Shown in pieces: positions 26,843 through 42,960 of a stretch of DNA of 64,000 nt. Source of the stretch: Octopus vulgaris. Lineage: Eukaryota. The notes beneath the pieces were generated by a model. That model was given only the letters and a program-made list of their open reading frames with translations. It was not told where the DNA came from and made no database searches. Where the stretch lies: positions 83,328,001 to 83,392,000 of the forward strand of contig OX597824.1 of assembly GCA_951406725.2 (NCBI GenBank), read 5' to 3'. The translations under genes and the position numbers were made by a program. How positions within the stretch are numbered: the first letter of the stretch is position 1; each line of letters begins with the position of its first letter.

Positions 26843-27241
26843 GGAATATAAATCTTAGAAAAACATTGCAAATAATGATAAAGAATTTTTCAACCTAGAA
26901 ACAGTTTCCTCTACAAGAATCTCCAAATTTCTTCTTAGAATTCTAAAATACCTTCTATGGAAACAATTGAGGATCTAGAGCAGGGTGGTACCATTCCCTG
27001 GGGGACAGGGGGGAAAATTATATGATTATAGGGCACAAAAGGAGCAGTAGGAAGTTGCCATGCAGTGGGACTGAATCCTGAACCATGTGGTTCATAAGCA
27101 AGCTACTTACCACACAGCCACTCAAAATAATGTGAATAAATAAGCACTACATTTGATAAAGTAATCCAAAGTATTGATATATAATTTAATTATTACATGT
27201 ATAATACATATATAATGCAAAAACACCCTGAAGACTGCAAA

Positions 27242-27626
27242 TCTTTATATATAAAAGAGAAGTTGTGTGTCTGTCTCCTCCGATTTACATTCCTAACTAC
27301 TCCCACATTTTGCGGTGCAGTTTAACCAAAACCGGGTATCTTATAGTCGTGATTCACATCGAGCCCTTCTGGGCATTAGCGCGCGTCTACGATTTAAAAA
27401 AAAATTTACCATCATTTTTTCCATTTTAATGCATTTTTTCGCTATTATATAAGGGAAGTAACTCTCTAAAAATGTCTACGATGAGTCAACGATTTTTAAA
27501 AAAATTTACCATCATTTTTTTCCATTTTTAATGCATTTTTTTGCTATTTTTTGGCTATAACTCTCTAAAAATGCTTAGATAGTTATTTCCCTTACAAACC
27601 CGAGCAACGCCGGGCGATACTGCTAG
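27242..27626 (+). mobile_element. Non-autonomous Helitron
   Basis: A|TCTTTATATATAAAA 5' end; subterminal hairpin CCCGAGCAACGCCGGG and terminal CTAG|T; internal ~100-bp imperfect duplication. Confidence 0.82.
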
Positions 27627-28137
27627 TAGTCAATACAATGAAAATATAATTTTTAAATTTATTCTTTCTTTGCAAGCTGGCAGGAAATGATTCATGGCCC
27701 AATACTGGATCCCAGTCCAGTACTAAACTGAAGACCAGTTTATGGTCCATATCATGCAAATTGTTTGAAAACAATTGTTTAAGTATATGTATACATATAT
27801 GTATATGCATATGGAGGCGCACTGGCCCAGTGGTTAGGGCAGCGGACTCGCGGTCGGAGGATCGCGCTTTCGATTCCTAGACCGGGTGTGTGTGTGTTAA
27901 TTGAGCGAAAACACCTAAAAACTCCACGAGGCTCTGGCAGCGGGTGGTGGCCACCCCTGTTGTACTCTTTCGCCACAACTTTCTCTCACTCTTACTTCCT
28001 GTTTTTTGAGAAATGCTGCGATGGACTGGGGTCCCGTCCAGCTGAGGGGAACACATACACCACAGAAACCGGGCCCATGAGCCTGGCTAGGCTTGAAAAG
28101 GGCGACATTTATCCTTTATATGTCTATGCATATCTGA

Positions 28138-28366
28138 AGGCGGCGAGCTGGCAGACACGTTAGCGCGCCGGGCGAAATGCTTAGCGGTATTTTGTCTGCC
28201 GTTACGTTGTAAGTTCAAATTCCGCCGAGGTCGACTTTGCCTTTCATCCTTTCGGGGTCGATAAATAAAGTACCAGTTTCGCACTGGGGGCAATATAATC
28301 GACTCAATCCCTTCGTCTGTCTTTGTTGTCCCCTCTATGTTTAGCCCCTTCTGGGAAGTAAAGAAA
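28138..28366 (+). mobile_element. SINE family B, full length
   Basis: 19-bp TSD TATATGTCTATGCATATCT (28117-35, 28367-85). Other copies near 2495-2727, 14760-14970, 28781-29000, 36062-36190, 38990-39212, 39750-39983, 44119-44349, 45410-45545 and 49278-49470. Confidence 0.92.
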
Positions 28367-29308
28367 TATATGTCTATGCATATCTTTGTAGGTTAAATAA
28401 TAAGGCACCAAAAGAGAATGACTCTCCTGAGACACAACAAATTATTCAAAAACAATTATTTGAAAAACAGTTATTCGAAATAAACATTATTTGTGTTCTC
28501 AATTTTCAATTTTATCATTTTTGTTTAAATAAAATAAAAAATTTAGAATAATTAACATTTCGTATAATTGTCCTTTTGAATAATTTTCATTCATGCAATT
28601 TTCCATTCGAATAAATGTTTTTCAAATAATTTTCAAATAATTGTTTTCAAACAATGTTCACAAGACCAGTGCATGGTCTATTGCAAATGAATGTTTATCT
28701 CACAGACTGAGTTCATGGCCACAGCAATCTTTAGACAACAATTGTTACAATTTGTTTGATGGTATATTTACTGTGTTCGAAGGCGGCGAGATGGCAGAAC
28801 GGTTAGCATGCCAGGCGAAATGCTTTATGGTATTTCGTCTGCTGCTGCGTCCTGAGTTCAAATTCCGCCGAGGTCAACTTCACCTTTCATCCTTTTGGGG
28901 TCGATTAAATAAGTACCAGTTACGCACTGGGGTCGATATAATCGACTTAATCTGTTTGTCTGTCCCCTCTGTGTGTAGCTCCTTGTGGGCAGTAAAGAAA
29001 TATATTTACTGTATTTTAATATGTATACTCTCTTACTCTTTTACTTGTTTCAGTCATTTGACTGCGGCCATGCTGGAGCACTGCCTTTAGTCGAGCAAAT
29101 CGACTACCAGGACTTATTCTTTGAAAGCCTAGTACTTATTCTATCGGTCTCTTCTGCTGAACTGCTAAGTTATGGGGACGTAAACACACCACCATCAGTT
29201 GTCAAGCGATGTTGGGGAGACAAACACAGATACACAAACATATACACACACACACATACATACATACATACATACATACATACATACATACATACATACA
29301 TACATACA

Positions 29309-29369
<61 letters not shown>

Positions 29370-30450
29370 GACAGGCTTCTTTCAGTTTCTCTCTACCAAA
29401 TCCACTCACAAGGTTTTGGTCGACCCGAGGCTATAGTAGAAGACACTTGCCCAAGGTGTCACATAGTGGGAATGAACCCGGAACCATGCGGTTGGTAAGC
29501 AAGCTACTTACCACACGGCCACTCCTGCACCTATAAGGAACTCTTTTTATTTTTTTGTCAAATATTAGGAAAAAAAATATGGGAGTTTCTTATACATGGA
29601 TAGTATTATAATCCCTTACAAAACCTTTTTTTCAAAATTTTAAGCCCCAAAACATAGGGGGTTCTTTACACATGTTAAAATACGGTATACCCAATGATAT
29701 GGTCCTTTGCTTGTAGCTGTTCATTGGTTTGTGTTTTATATTTACTGACCAGTCTGTGACCTATCTGTCACCTGTGTTCCTATATAAATCTAACCTTCAA
29801 CTTGCATTTACATGCATGCTTGATGTGAAGGCACATGGCTCAGTGGTTAGAGCGTCGAGCTTACGATCGTGAGGTTGTGAGCTCGAATCCCGGACCGGGC
29901 TGTGTGTTGTGTTCTCGAGCAAGGCACTTTATTTCACGTTGCTCCAGTTCACTCAGCTGTAGAAATGAGTTTTGACATCACTCGTGCCAAGCTGTATCGA
30001 CCTTTGTCTTTCCCTTGGATAACACTGGTGGCGTGGAGAGGGGAGGCTGGTATGCATGGGCGACTGCTGGCCTTCCATAAACAACCTTGCCCAGACTTGT
30101 GTCTAGGAGGGTAACTTTCTAGGTGCAATCCCATGGTCATTCATGATCGAAGGGGGTCTTTACCTTTACCCTGATTGAAGTCAAACAACATATAAAAAAA
30201 CAATAATTTTTTACACTTAGAAGTCACAACTTAGAAGTCACTACCCAACTAGTTTCTACAAAGTTTTCACAGTCAAACTAAAAAAAAAGTCTTTACTATC
30301 ATTTGCTTTCTATAATCACTTTGTAAACATTTGCTTTCTTCCTTTCTTTCTTCCTCCTCTCATTATCATCCAATCTTTCTTCTTATTCTTCCACTTTCTC
30401 CTTGCAAACAATTAAACTATCCATGGAGACATTTCTTTATCATCATTCCA

Positions 30451-30522
30451 AAATCCGCCGAAACTACACCTGATTATATATACACTTTAGATGAGTTGTA
30501 GTGCACCTGAGCACTTTACACA

Positions 30523-30578
<56 letters not shown>
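30451..30578 (+). mobile_element. ~75-bp 3' stub of the same LINE with a long (TAT)n tail
   Basis: AAATCCGCCGAAACTACACCTGATT...GAGCACT(T)TACACAA matches the reverse complement of 13269-13341. Confidence 0.9.
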
Positions 30579-30579
<1 letters not shown>

Positions 30580-31553
30580 TAACATCTGTTTTCCATGCTA
30601 GCATGGGTTGGGTATTTGAGAGGACTGCACCAAGATTCAACGTTTGCTTTGGCATGATTTCTACAACTAGATAACCCTCAGTAACACCAACCACTTCACC
30701 GAGTTTACTGGATGCTTTTTACATGGCACCAGCACTAGTGAGGTTACCAAGTAACTTGAAAGACAAAACCCCTCAATGGAGTGGAGGTATAGTATTGAAA
30801 GAGGTAGCTTTATGCCAGGTGTTGAGAGGTTAAGGTGTGATAGAGGGACAAAAATATGTGACTTACAGTGGAGGAGATACATAGTTAGTCAACTGAGAAA
30901 GGAGAGAAGATGGTGGTGAAGAAGGGTCAGGGCATAGCCTCAAGTTACAGGAAGGTGAATCTAAGAAAGGTGGTCCAAGGAGTTAGACAGGACGAGTAGG
31001 AAGGTAAGTTCATGTGTGAAAGGAGAGTGGCAGATGGATAGAGATGGATGATAGAGGGGAATGCTGTGGGAGGCATGGTCAATTGGTGAATAAGTTTGGG
31101 AGTGGAGAAGAGAGAGGCAATAGAAGACAGCACTGATGATGTGAAGTGTAGGTGGTGTGCAAGAGATGCACAGTGGCAGGGATGAGGTTAGTGGTACATA
31201 GGGATGGAAATAATGGTGGATGTACTTAAGTGGTGAGGGCTGCCATTGGTAGAATGAGAGGGTGTACAGAGGAAAAGTGGAGGTGAAAGGGGCATTCAGT
31301 AGAAAATAAAGTGGTAAGGGACGATACTGGGAATACAGTAATATTGCTGTATCCTCAAGATGGACCCCTAAAATATATATATAAAGCTTTGAAAACCAAT
31401 TTTACAGTCAGACAAGCAGCTAGAGATTCAAAATGTTGAATTCTCTACTTCATAAAAATAAAATATGATATTCTAGTGAAGGATATTGAGCTATCCTTAC
31501 ATTTAATGATTTTATGGGGATTTTTTATATAACTATAAATAAAACAAACATTT

Positions 31554-31554
<1 letters not shown>

Positions 31555-31608
<54 letters not shown>

Positions 31609-31684
31609 CATATATACATATATGTGTGTGTGTGTGTGTGTGCATGTGTGAGTTTGTGCAGATGTGTGTGTGAGAGTTTGTGCG

Positions 31685-31742
<58 letters not shown>

Positions 31743-32011
31743 AGTGTGTGTGTGTGTGTGTGTAATGTAATACCGTTGCTGATAATTCATAAATGTTCAT
31801 GGAGAAATGTATATCTGTTGTTCTATACATTCTCACATACTTTCTTTGGGTGATGATGGCTGTGTTGCTGTGGCGGTAATGACGGTGGTGACGCTGTTTT
31901 ATCCCAAGGGCTGTTCCAATCGAGTACACTTATCATCACAGATTGGTGATGGTTGTGGTGGAGATGGTGTTGGCGGAGAAGAAGAAAGAAGAAGAAGAAG
32001 AAGAAGAAATA

Positions 32012-32045
<34 letters not shown>

Positions 32046-32132
32046 GTGGTGGTGATGATATGATGATGACGACGACGAAGATGATGATGATGGTGGTGAT
32101 GATGGTGAAGATGATGAAGATGAAGATGATGG

Positions 32133-32171
<39 letters not shown>

Positions 32172-32172
32172 C

Positions 32173-32212
<40 letters not shown>

Positions 32213-33962
32213 GAGGAGGAGGAACGGGATGAGATGATCGTGATCATGATCATGATGATGAAGAGCAAGAACAACAACAACAACACTGAAGAGGAAAAAA
32301 AATGATGGAAAAACAAACGGAGGAGAAAGAAGGGGAAGAACAAAAACAAACAAAAAATAACCACTGACAATAGTGACAGAAACAACAACAACAACAACAG
32401 CAGCAGGACAAGACAGCAGATAAAAGAATAAAGACTTAGAAGAAGAGAAGAGGAAAACTGCAAAAAAATATTATAAGACCAAGAAAGAATATGGAAGACG
32501 ATGATGGCAGAGGATGGCAGGCTTGTTTTTGTCACAGCATTCACCTCCTGTCCAACTGCTGATCTACCGACCACCCCCACCGACAAGACAGCCCAACAAA
32601 TCGACCGAGAATACTAATATAACAGATCTCCTGGAATGCCAGGATTGCCTTCAACAAAGGAATGTTAAAGTGCTTTGTCATCTGCGAACAGAGAAAGATA
32701 GAGAAATGCATGTTAAGTTTAAAGGACTTATTGTAACAGTCACTTCCACCCCATCCGCATCACCGCCACCACCACAACCATCACCACCACCACAACCATC
32801 ACCACCACCGCAACCATCACCACCACCCAACAACCATCACCACCACCACAACCATCACCACCACCACAACCATCACCATCACCACAACCATCACCACCAC
32901 CACAACCATCACCACCACCACAACCATCACCACCACCGCCACCATCACCACCACCACCACCACCACCACCACCACCACAACCATCACCACCACCACAACC
33001 ATCACCACCACCACAACCATCACCACCACCACAACCATCACCATCACCACAACCATCACCACCACCACAACCATCAGCACCACCGCCACCATCACCATCA
33101 CCGCCACCATCACCACCACCACAACCACCACCACCACCACCACCACAACCATCACCACCACCACAACCATCACCACCACCACCACCATCACCACCACCGC
33201 CACCATCACCACCACCGCCACCATCACCACCACCACCACCACCCACCACCACCACCACCATCACCACCACCACCACAACCATCACCACCACCACAACCAT
33301 CACCACCACCGCCACCATCACCACCACCGCCACCATCACCACCACCACAACCACAACCATCCGCATCACCACCACTACTATTACATCTATCAATGCTGCT
33401 GATGTAGTTATTGATGCTGATGTTGATGTTGATGCTGATGCTGGTATAGTATTTCGGTCTGGGATATTCTTTTTTGTTATTATTTACTGGTTTTTTTTTA
33501 TAATATATATTTTTTATAATATTTTTTTTTCGCCAATTCTCTTACAATTATTAAATATAGTTCAGGTTTTTTTCCCCGGCTCCATCTTTCTAATATTATT
33601 CCCCCCCTACAAACTCGCTTTTCCCTTCATCTGTGCCTCTCCCCTCTCTGTCTCTTTGAGTGTGTTTTTGTTTTTTGTTTTTTTTTTGTTTTTCTTTACA
33701 ATTATATCCACATGTATGTATGTGTGTGTACGTATGTTCGTTTGTATGTATATATATGTATGAATGAATGAATGTATGTATGTATGTATACATAAATGAA
33801 TGTGTGTGTGTGTGTGTGTATACAGGCATGTAAATATGTGTATATATAAATGAAATGTATTTATATGTGTATATGAATGTATGTATATGTATATACATAC
33901 ATACATATATATATGTATATATATATTTGTCCACCTATTTATCTCTATCAATCTTATCTATT

Positions 33963-34001
<39 letters not shown>

Positions 34002-34069
34002 GTGTGTGTGTATATATATATATATAAATATATACATGTATATACATGTATATATATATATAAATATGT

Positions 34070-34138
<69 letters not shown>

Positions 34139-34743
34139 TATGTATATGTATATATATATAAATATGTTATATAATATATATATATATATATATATAAATA
34201 TATATGTATATATATATATATATGTATGTATATATATATGTGTGTGTATTATATATATACATATTATATATATGTGTGTGTGTGTGTGTGTGTTATATAA
34301 TATATATATATATATATGTAGTTTTGCATAGGTATTGTATATGTGTGAGTGTGTGCGTGCCATCCCTTTTGTGTGAACCAAATGATCGAATTCAATTGCT
34401 GTAAATGTGACAGAACTGATTAAGGGTGGTGTTGCGTGCATGTACGTGAGTGTGTGCACTTGAGCATGTATCTGTGTGTGTGTGTGTATGTGTAGGGTTG
34501 GGTAAAGGTGAATGCATGTAATCAATATGGTGGTGGAGTAGCTGTTGTTGTTGTTGGTGGTGGTGGTGGTGGTGATGGCAGTGGTAGTAGCCGTGATGGT
34601 AGTTACTATGATGATGATGATGATGATGATGATGATGGTAGTGTTGACGGTGTTGGTGGAGGTAGTGGTGGTGGTGGTGGTAGGAGTGAATTCAGTGGTG
34701 ATAATGTCCTAGATGTAATCAATATATACCAGCTGCTGCTACA

Positions 34744-34778
<35 letters not shown>

Positions 34779-35850
34779 GAGAAATTGCGTGGGAGAAGTC
34801 ATGTTCAAAAACAGGGTTAGGTGTTCATAGAGGGGGTTGGGGTTGGGGTTGGAGTTGGGGTTGGGGGTGAGGGAGCACAACGATGAAATTGGAATTCCAC
34901 ACAATTACGATTTTATTCAATGGTGGAGTTTGGGATAGCGGTGGCGGTGGGTGGTGATGATGATAAACATGATGGTGGCGGTGCTGACCAAGGTGGTGAT
35001 AGTGGTGGAGGTGGTGGTGGTGGTGGTGGTGATGATTGTGATGGTGGTGGCAGCGGCGGTGGTGGTGGTGGTGATGGTGGTGGTAGTGGTAGTGGTGGTG
35101 GTGGTAGTTGTGGTTGTGGCGGGAGCAGTGGTCATGGTTGTGGTGGTGATGATTGTGATGGCGGCGGCGGCGGTGGTGGTTGTGGTGGTGGTTGTGGTGG
35201 TGGTGGTGGTGGTAGTTGTGGTTGTGACGGGAGCAGTGGTCATGGTTGTGGTAGTGATGATTGTGATGGCGGTGGTAGCGGTGGTGGTTGTGGTGGTGGT
35301 AGTTCTGGTTGTGGCGGGAGTGGTGGTCATGGTTGTGGTGGCGGCGGTGGCGGCGGTGGCGGTGGTGGTTGTGGTGGTGGTTGTGGTGGTGGTTGTGGTG
35401 GTGGTGGTGGTGGTGGTGGTGGCAATGATGGTGATTGTGGTGGTAGTGGTGGTTGTGGCAGGAGTGATGGTCATGGTTTGGTGTGGTGATGGCAATGGTG
35501 GTGATGATCATGGTGGTGGTGGTGATGGTAATTCTGGTGGTGGTGATAGTGACTGTAGTGATGGTGGTGGTTGTAGTTGATGGTGAGGATGATGGTGCTG
35601 ATGATACCCACAGTGGTGGTGGTGGTGGTAGTGGTGGTTGTGGCAGGAGTGACGGTCATGGTTTGGTGTGGTGATGGCAATGGTGGTGATGATCATGGTG
35701 GTGGTGATGGTAATTCTGGTGGTGGTGGTAGTGACTGTAGTGATGGTGGTTGTAGTTGATGGTGAGGATGATGGTGCTGATGATACCCACGGTGGTGGTG
35801 GTGGTGGTGGTGGTGGTGGTGGTGGTGGTGGTAGTGGTAGTTGGTGGTAA
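31555..35850. repeat. Microsatellite and low-complexity block: (GAT)n, (CAC)n with an 18-bp CACCACCACAACCATCAC unit, (TA)n, (GGT)n
   Basis: Seen directly; includes a ~185-bp tandem duplication at 35441-35790. Confidence 0.95.
32545..32681 (-). other. Possible 137-nt exon
   Basis: Acceptor TTTCTCTATCTTTCTCTGTTCGCAG| and candidate donor GAG|GTGAAT in a unique island between microsatellites. Confidence 0.25.
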
Positions 35851-37397
35851 TGATAGGGGGGGTAGAATGGTTGCAAACAGTGAAATAGAGAGAAAAAAAC
35901 CCATAGAGAAGAAGATAAAATAACCAGACTCCAGTAAATGAAACGTGCAGTTTTATTTGCCTTTCATATTACCCTATAACTCTTGCATCCCCATATATCC
36001 ATCTTATACCTTATTCACCCACCCTATGCCCTAAATACCTAACCTACACCTCATGTACATACCTATTTCTTTATTACCCACAAGGGGCTAAACATAGAGG
36101 GGACCGACTCCAGTGCGTAACTGGTACTTAATTTATCGAACCCAAAAGGATGAAAGGCAAAGTCAACCTTTGCGGAATTTGAACTCAAGACGGAATTTAC
36201 ATACCAACCCACCATATGACCACCACACACCCCTTATACACCTACCCTACACTTTTAAATCCATCTTGCATCACATATGCCCATTCCTATACTCCTATAG
36301 TCCATACACTCCCCGAATACCCAACATACCCCCACCTACTCTTCATACATCCACCCTGCATCCATAGATTTACCCTAGGTGTCACACACCTAAAGAGGAT
36401 GTCATACTCATGCAGATACCTGATAAGGAGTGGATGTGTGGTAAGAAGCTTACTTCTCAATCATATGGATCTGAGTTCAATTCCATGCTGGCATGGGTTG
36501 GACAGTTTGACAGGAGCTGGCCAGGTAGAAGACTGCACCATACTTCTGTGTCTGTTCTGGCGTGGTTTTTTTATGGTTGGATGCAAACATGGTCAATGCT
36601 AGTGTGTCCTGACTGGCTTCTGTGCTGGTGGTACATAAAAAGCACCATCCTCACATGGTCGATGCCAGAGCCGCCTGACTGGTTCCCGTGCTGGTGGCAC
36701 ATAAAGTCTATGCCCCATAGACTTACACCAGACTCCATACACCTACCAGATATGCACCCTACATACGCAAACCGCATCTTACATTGTTTTTTTAGTTTAC
36801 AGCTTAGTCAAAGTGAAAAGGGCAGTGCCCATGAGCCCTTTATGTTTTGTAGGGCCTCTGAGACTAGTGGGTGCAACCCCCTGAAGACCTGGTCCTCACA
36901 ATCTACCCCAATGCCTACCCCGTTCCTGGGTCACAACCTACACACACTACTATGCTCTGTACCATGTATACACACGGACACACCCTGTTACATTTCCCAC
37001 TCCCCAACTCCAGACACCCCTTGCACTAATTTTAAGGAATTTTTACTAAAAGGCACGAACACAGGTGTGTAGTTAAGGAACTTGTTTTGCAACCACATGG
37101 TTTCAGGTTCAGTTCCACAGCACAGCACCTTGAGTAAGTGTGTTCTACTAAGGCTCTGTGCCAATCGTCTTGTGAATGAATTTGGTAGACAGAAACTGCG
37201 TGGAAGCAAAGCATTATATATATATATATAGGCACATGGCTGTGTGGTAAGTAGCTTGCTTCCCAACCACATGGTTCCGGGTTCAGTCCCACTGCATGGT
37301 ACCTTGGGCAAGTATCTTCTACTATAGCCTCGGGCCAACCAAAGCTTTCTGAGTGGATTTGGTAGACAGAAACTGAAAGAAGCCCATCGTATATATG

Positions 37398-37432
<35 letters not shown>

Positions 37433-37437
<5 letters not shown>

Positions 37438-38076
37438 AAATAAGAAAATGGAGAAATACACCTTAATCAATAATCAACTACCAAATAATACCCAATCACA
37501 TAATTTATTAACCCACTACATATGAACATCAAGGTCAAACATAATAGTACAGAGCAAAACAATGCACATCAATGAGTAATATGATACAATAAGTACAATA
37601 TGTGTAAATAAATATAAATAGATATAAATATAAATATAAACTACCACACCTGGCTAATATGAGCATAATGAGATACCCATATCTACATGGCTGAAACAGC
37701 TGTAAGATGTAGTTTATATTTATATTTATTTATATTTATTTATACATATTGTACTTATTATATCATATTACTCATTGATGTGCATTGTTTTGCTCTGTAC
37801 TATTGTTTGACCTTGATGTTCATATGTAGTGGGTTAATAAATTATGTGATTGGGTATTATCTGGTAGTTGATTATTGATTAAGGTGTATTTCTCCATTTT
37901 CTTATTTTGTATTATTAATTTGTGGTAAAACATTATACCTTTGCCCATATAATACAATAAATGAATTAATTGCATCGCAATTCTTAACATTTATGTATTA
38001 ACTTTGTTGGGTGCTTCACTGGCAGTATATTGGATATATGTTATCCCATGGTGGGTTGCACTCACAACCCCTATCT

Positions 38077-38082
<6 letters not shown>
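37433..38082 (+). mobile_element. Penelope-like AT-rich element with ~205-bp inverted arms, inserted in the (TA)n linker of a family A SINE
   Basis: 37433-37644 pairs with 37709-37912. The spacer holds the 3' half of a hammerhead (GAAAC-AGCT-GTA, 37693-37704). The SINE head (37231-37390) and tail (38125-38346) flank it. Confidence 0.6.
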
Positions 38083-38113
<31 letters not shown>

Positions 38114-38356
38114 GTGTGTGTGTGTGTGTGTGTATATGTTTGTGTGTCTGTGTTTGTCCCCCCAACATCACTTGATAACCGATGTTGGTGTGTTTGCGTC
38201 CCCATAACTTAGCGGTTCAGCAAAAGAGACCGATATGATAAGTACTAGGCTTACAAAGAATAAGTCCTGGGGTCGATTTGCTCGACTAAAGGCAGTGCTC
38301 CAGCATGGCCACAGTCAAACGACTGAAACAAGTAAAAGAGTAAAGAGTATATACAA

Positions 38357-38387
<31 letters not shown>

Positions 38388-38411
38388 GACAGACAGACAG
38401 ATAACAGTGGG

Positions 38412-38814
38412 GGGCAATTATGCAGATTAACAAATTAGATACATTAAACGTAATATAATAGTTTGTGTTTGAAACACGAAATGTGTACATATGTATACAT
38501 GAAAAACCTAGAGAAAGCAAAAGATGTAGACTTTCAGACGACGAATATCTAAGTACAAATATATAGATATTTATATTAATAGATCCAACTTACACAGAGT
38601 ACAAACCACAGAGACAGTTAAAGGGGTGGAAGAAAATTGGATCCATTAATATAAATATCTATATATTGGTACTTAAAATATTCATCGTCTGAAAGTCTCC
38701 ATTTTTTGCTTTCTCTCATTTTCCATGTATACATATATACATATTTTGTGCTTCACGCCCAGACTATTATATTACATTTAATATATCTAATTTATTTATC
38801 CGTATAATTGCCTC
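38412..38814. repeat. Older inverted repeat, ~180-bp arms
   Basis: GACTTTCAGACGA/TCGTCTGAAAGTC and ATATATAGATATTTATATTAAT/ATTAATATAAATATCTATATAT pair; visibly more diverged than the 37.4 and 57.6 kb repeats. Confidence 0.75.
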
Positions 38815-40434
38815 TATATTAATGCAATTTGATCCCTTTAATAGCTGCACTTTACTCTGTGGAACTGATCCCCTGTACAGACTTCAGAATCTAGGACTGA
38901 ATCTTTTTTGAGCATTACTGAGTGTCTTCTATAGTGAGAATCTCTAGATCCCATCTGTGGACTATAAGTGTGTGTGTGTGTGTGTGTGTGTAACTGGTAC
39001 TTAATTTATCGACCCCCGAATGGATGAAAGGCAAAATCGACCTCGGCAGAATTTGAACTCAGAATGTAACGGCAGACGAAATATTTCTTTACTACCTACA
39101 AGGGGCTACACACAGAGGGGACAAACAAGGACAGACAAACGGATTAAGTCAATTATATCGACTCCAGTGTGTAACTGGTATTTATTTAATCGACCCCGAA
39201 AGGATGAAAGGCATATGTTCAGATTTTCCCCTGGATTTGTATCCTTAATCACTCTATCAACTATACTTCTGTCAATGTGGTTGGCTGGGCCCTCTAGCCT
39301 CCCACACCAAGTAGATCCTACAGAGGACCTACTTGGGAAAAGTCCTCTTCTCCCTGAGTATTCTTTGCCTACACGAGTCACTTATAATAGTACTTTAATG
39401 ATCCTTTTTGTTACCAGGCATATGGTTCAGTGGTTAGAGCATCGGGTTCACAATCATGGGGTAGTGAGTTCAGTTTCCAGACAAGGGGTATGTGTTGTGT
39501 TCTTGAGCAAGACACTATATGTCACATTGCTCCAGTTCACTCAGCTGTAGAAATGAGTTGTGATGTCACTGGTGCCAAGCTGCATCAGACTTTGCTTTTC
39601 CCTTGGATAAAATTGATGATGGGAATAGGGGAGGCTGGTATGCATGGGTGACTGCTGGTCTTCCATAAACATCTTTGCCTAGACTTGTGCCTCGGTGGGT
39701 AACTTCCTAGGTGCAATCCTATAGTCATCCATGACCGAATGGGGTCTTTACCTATTTCTTTACTACCCACAAGGGGCTAAACACAGAGGGGACAAACAAG
39801 GACAGACATAGGTATTAAGTCGATTACATCGACCTCAGTGCGTAACTGGTACTTAATTTATCGACCCCGAAAGGATGAAAGGCAAAGTCGACCTCGGCGG
39901 AATTTGAACTCACAACATAACGCAGACGAAATACCGCTAAGCATTTCGCCCGGCGTGCTAACGTTTCTGCCAGCTCGCCGCCTTAATGGGGTCTTTTCCA
40001 TTTGCATGTTACCAGATTGGTAAGAAGAAGAGAACTGCTTTTGATTCTGAATACAGTTCTCCCTAAAGACATCATGACTTTTCCAGCCCATTCTCCCGCA
40101 ATCTAGAACCCATCATGACTCTTGATTTTCATGATGCAGAACATGCGAGCAAACCACTTGAGTTCTGTGTCCCCTTCCACTAAGCACATCTGATGCCAAG
40201 CAACACTTCAAGCTACTCGGTTCTCCCTTCTGCTACCTGTCTTTATCCAGGATTTCCAAGCCTACCTGTTAATTTTCATAGTTGCATCTTCAATGGTGTT
40301 CCAATTTTGACTTTGCCTTCCATTTGGTTGGAATCTTACACAAGTCACAGACCTAGTCTGTAGCTCTGACCATGTTGTTGTATAGTAATTCCTTGTTCCC
40401 CACTCTCATTTTCCCTTTCTCTTTTTCTCTGAAC

Positions 40435-42615
<2,181 letters not shown>

Positions 42616-42619
42616 TGTC

Positions 42620-42960
42620 TCTTATATTTTTTAATTATTATAAATCTTCCACTGAGGAGGGAGCCAGGTTCCAACAAAGATACAAGGCTCCATCTTTGGG
42701 ATGTAGTTAACACAGACAAATTCACATTTGGAACTTGAGCAAAGTCTTGCATATTTTTAATGTTCCACTCACAGATCGCACTTGTAAATGTACGAATTAC
42801 CCAGTCGATTTCTCTTTCTGAAAATCCCAGTGTATCCAAATTCTCCTTTAAGCAGTGAGGGACCCTTCCCAGAGAGTGAGGGACCCTTCCCAGAGAGGGC
42901 CACTCTGATACAAAACCCGCTGGCCATCTCTCTTCAGTCTGTCAGTAGATCTGATCCTAG
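42620..42960. repeat. Unclassified dispersed repeat
   Basis: TATTTTTTAATTATTATAAATCTTCCACTGAGGAGGGAGCCAGG recurs at 61110-61190 with an internal deletion; 21-bp tandem duplication at 42854-42895. Confidence 0.75.

Noticed and set aside
28430-28665. AT-rich imperfect fold-backs (also 48500-48960) and a lone AAAATACGGTA end near 29680
   Set aside because: Probably old MITE remnants; ends and TSDs cannot be defined.
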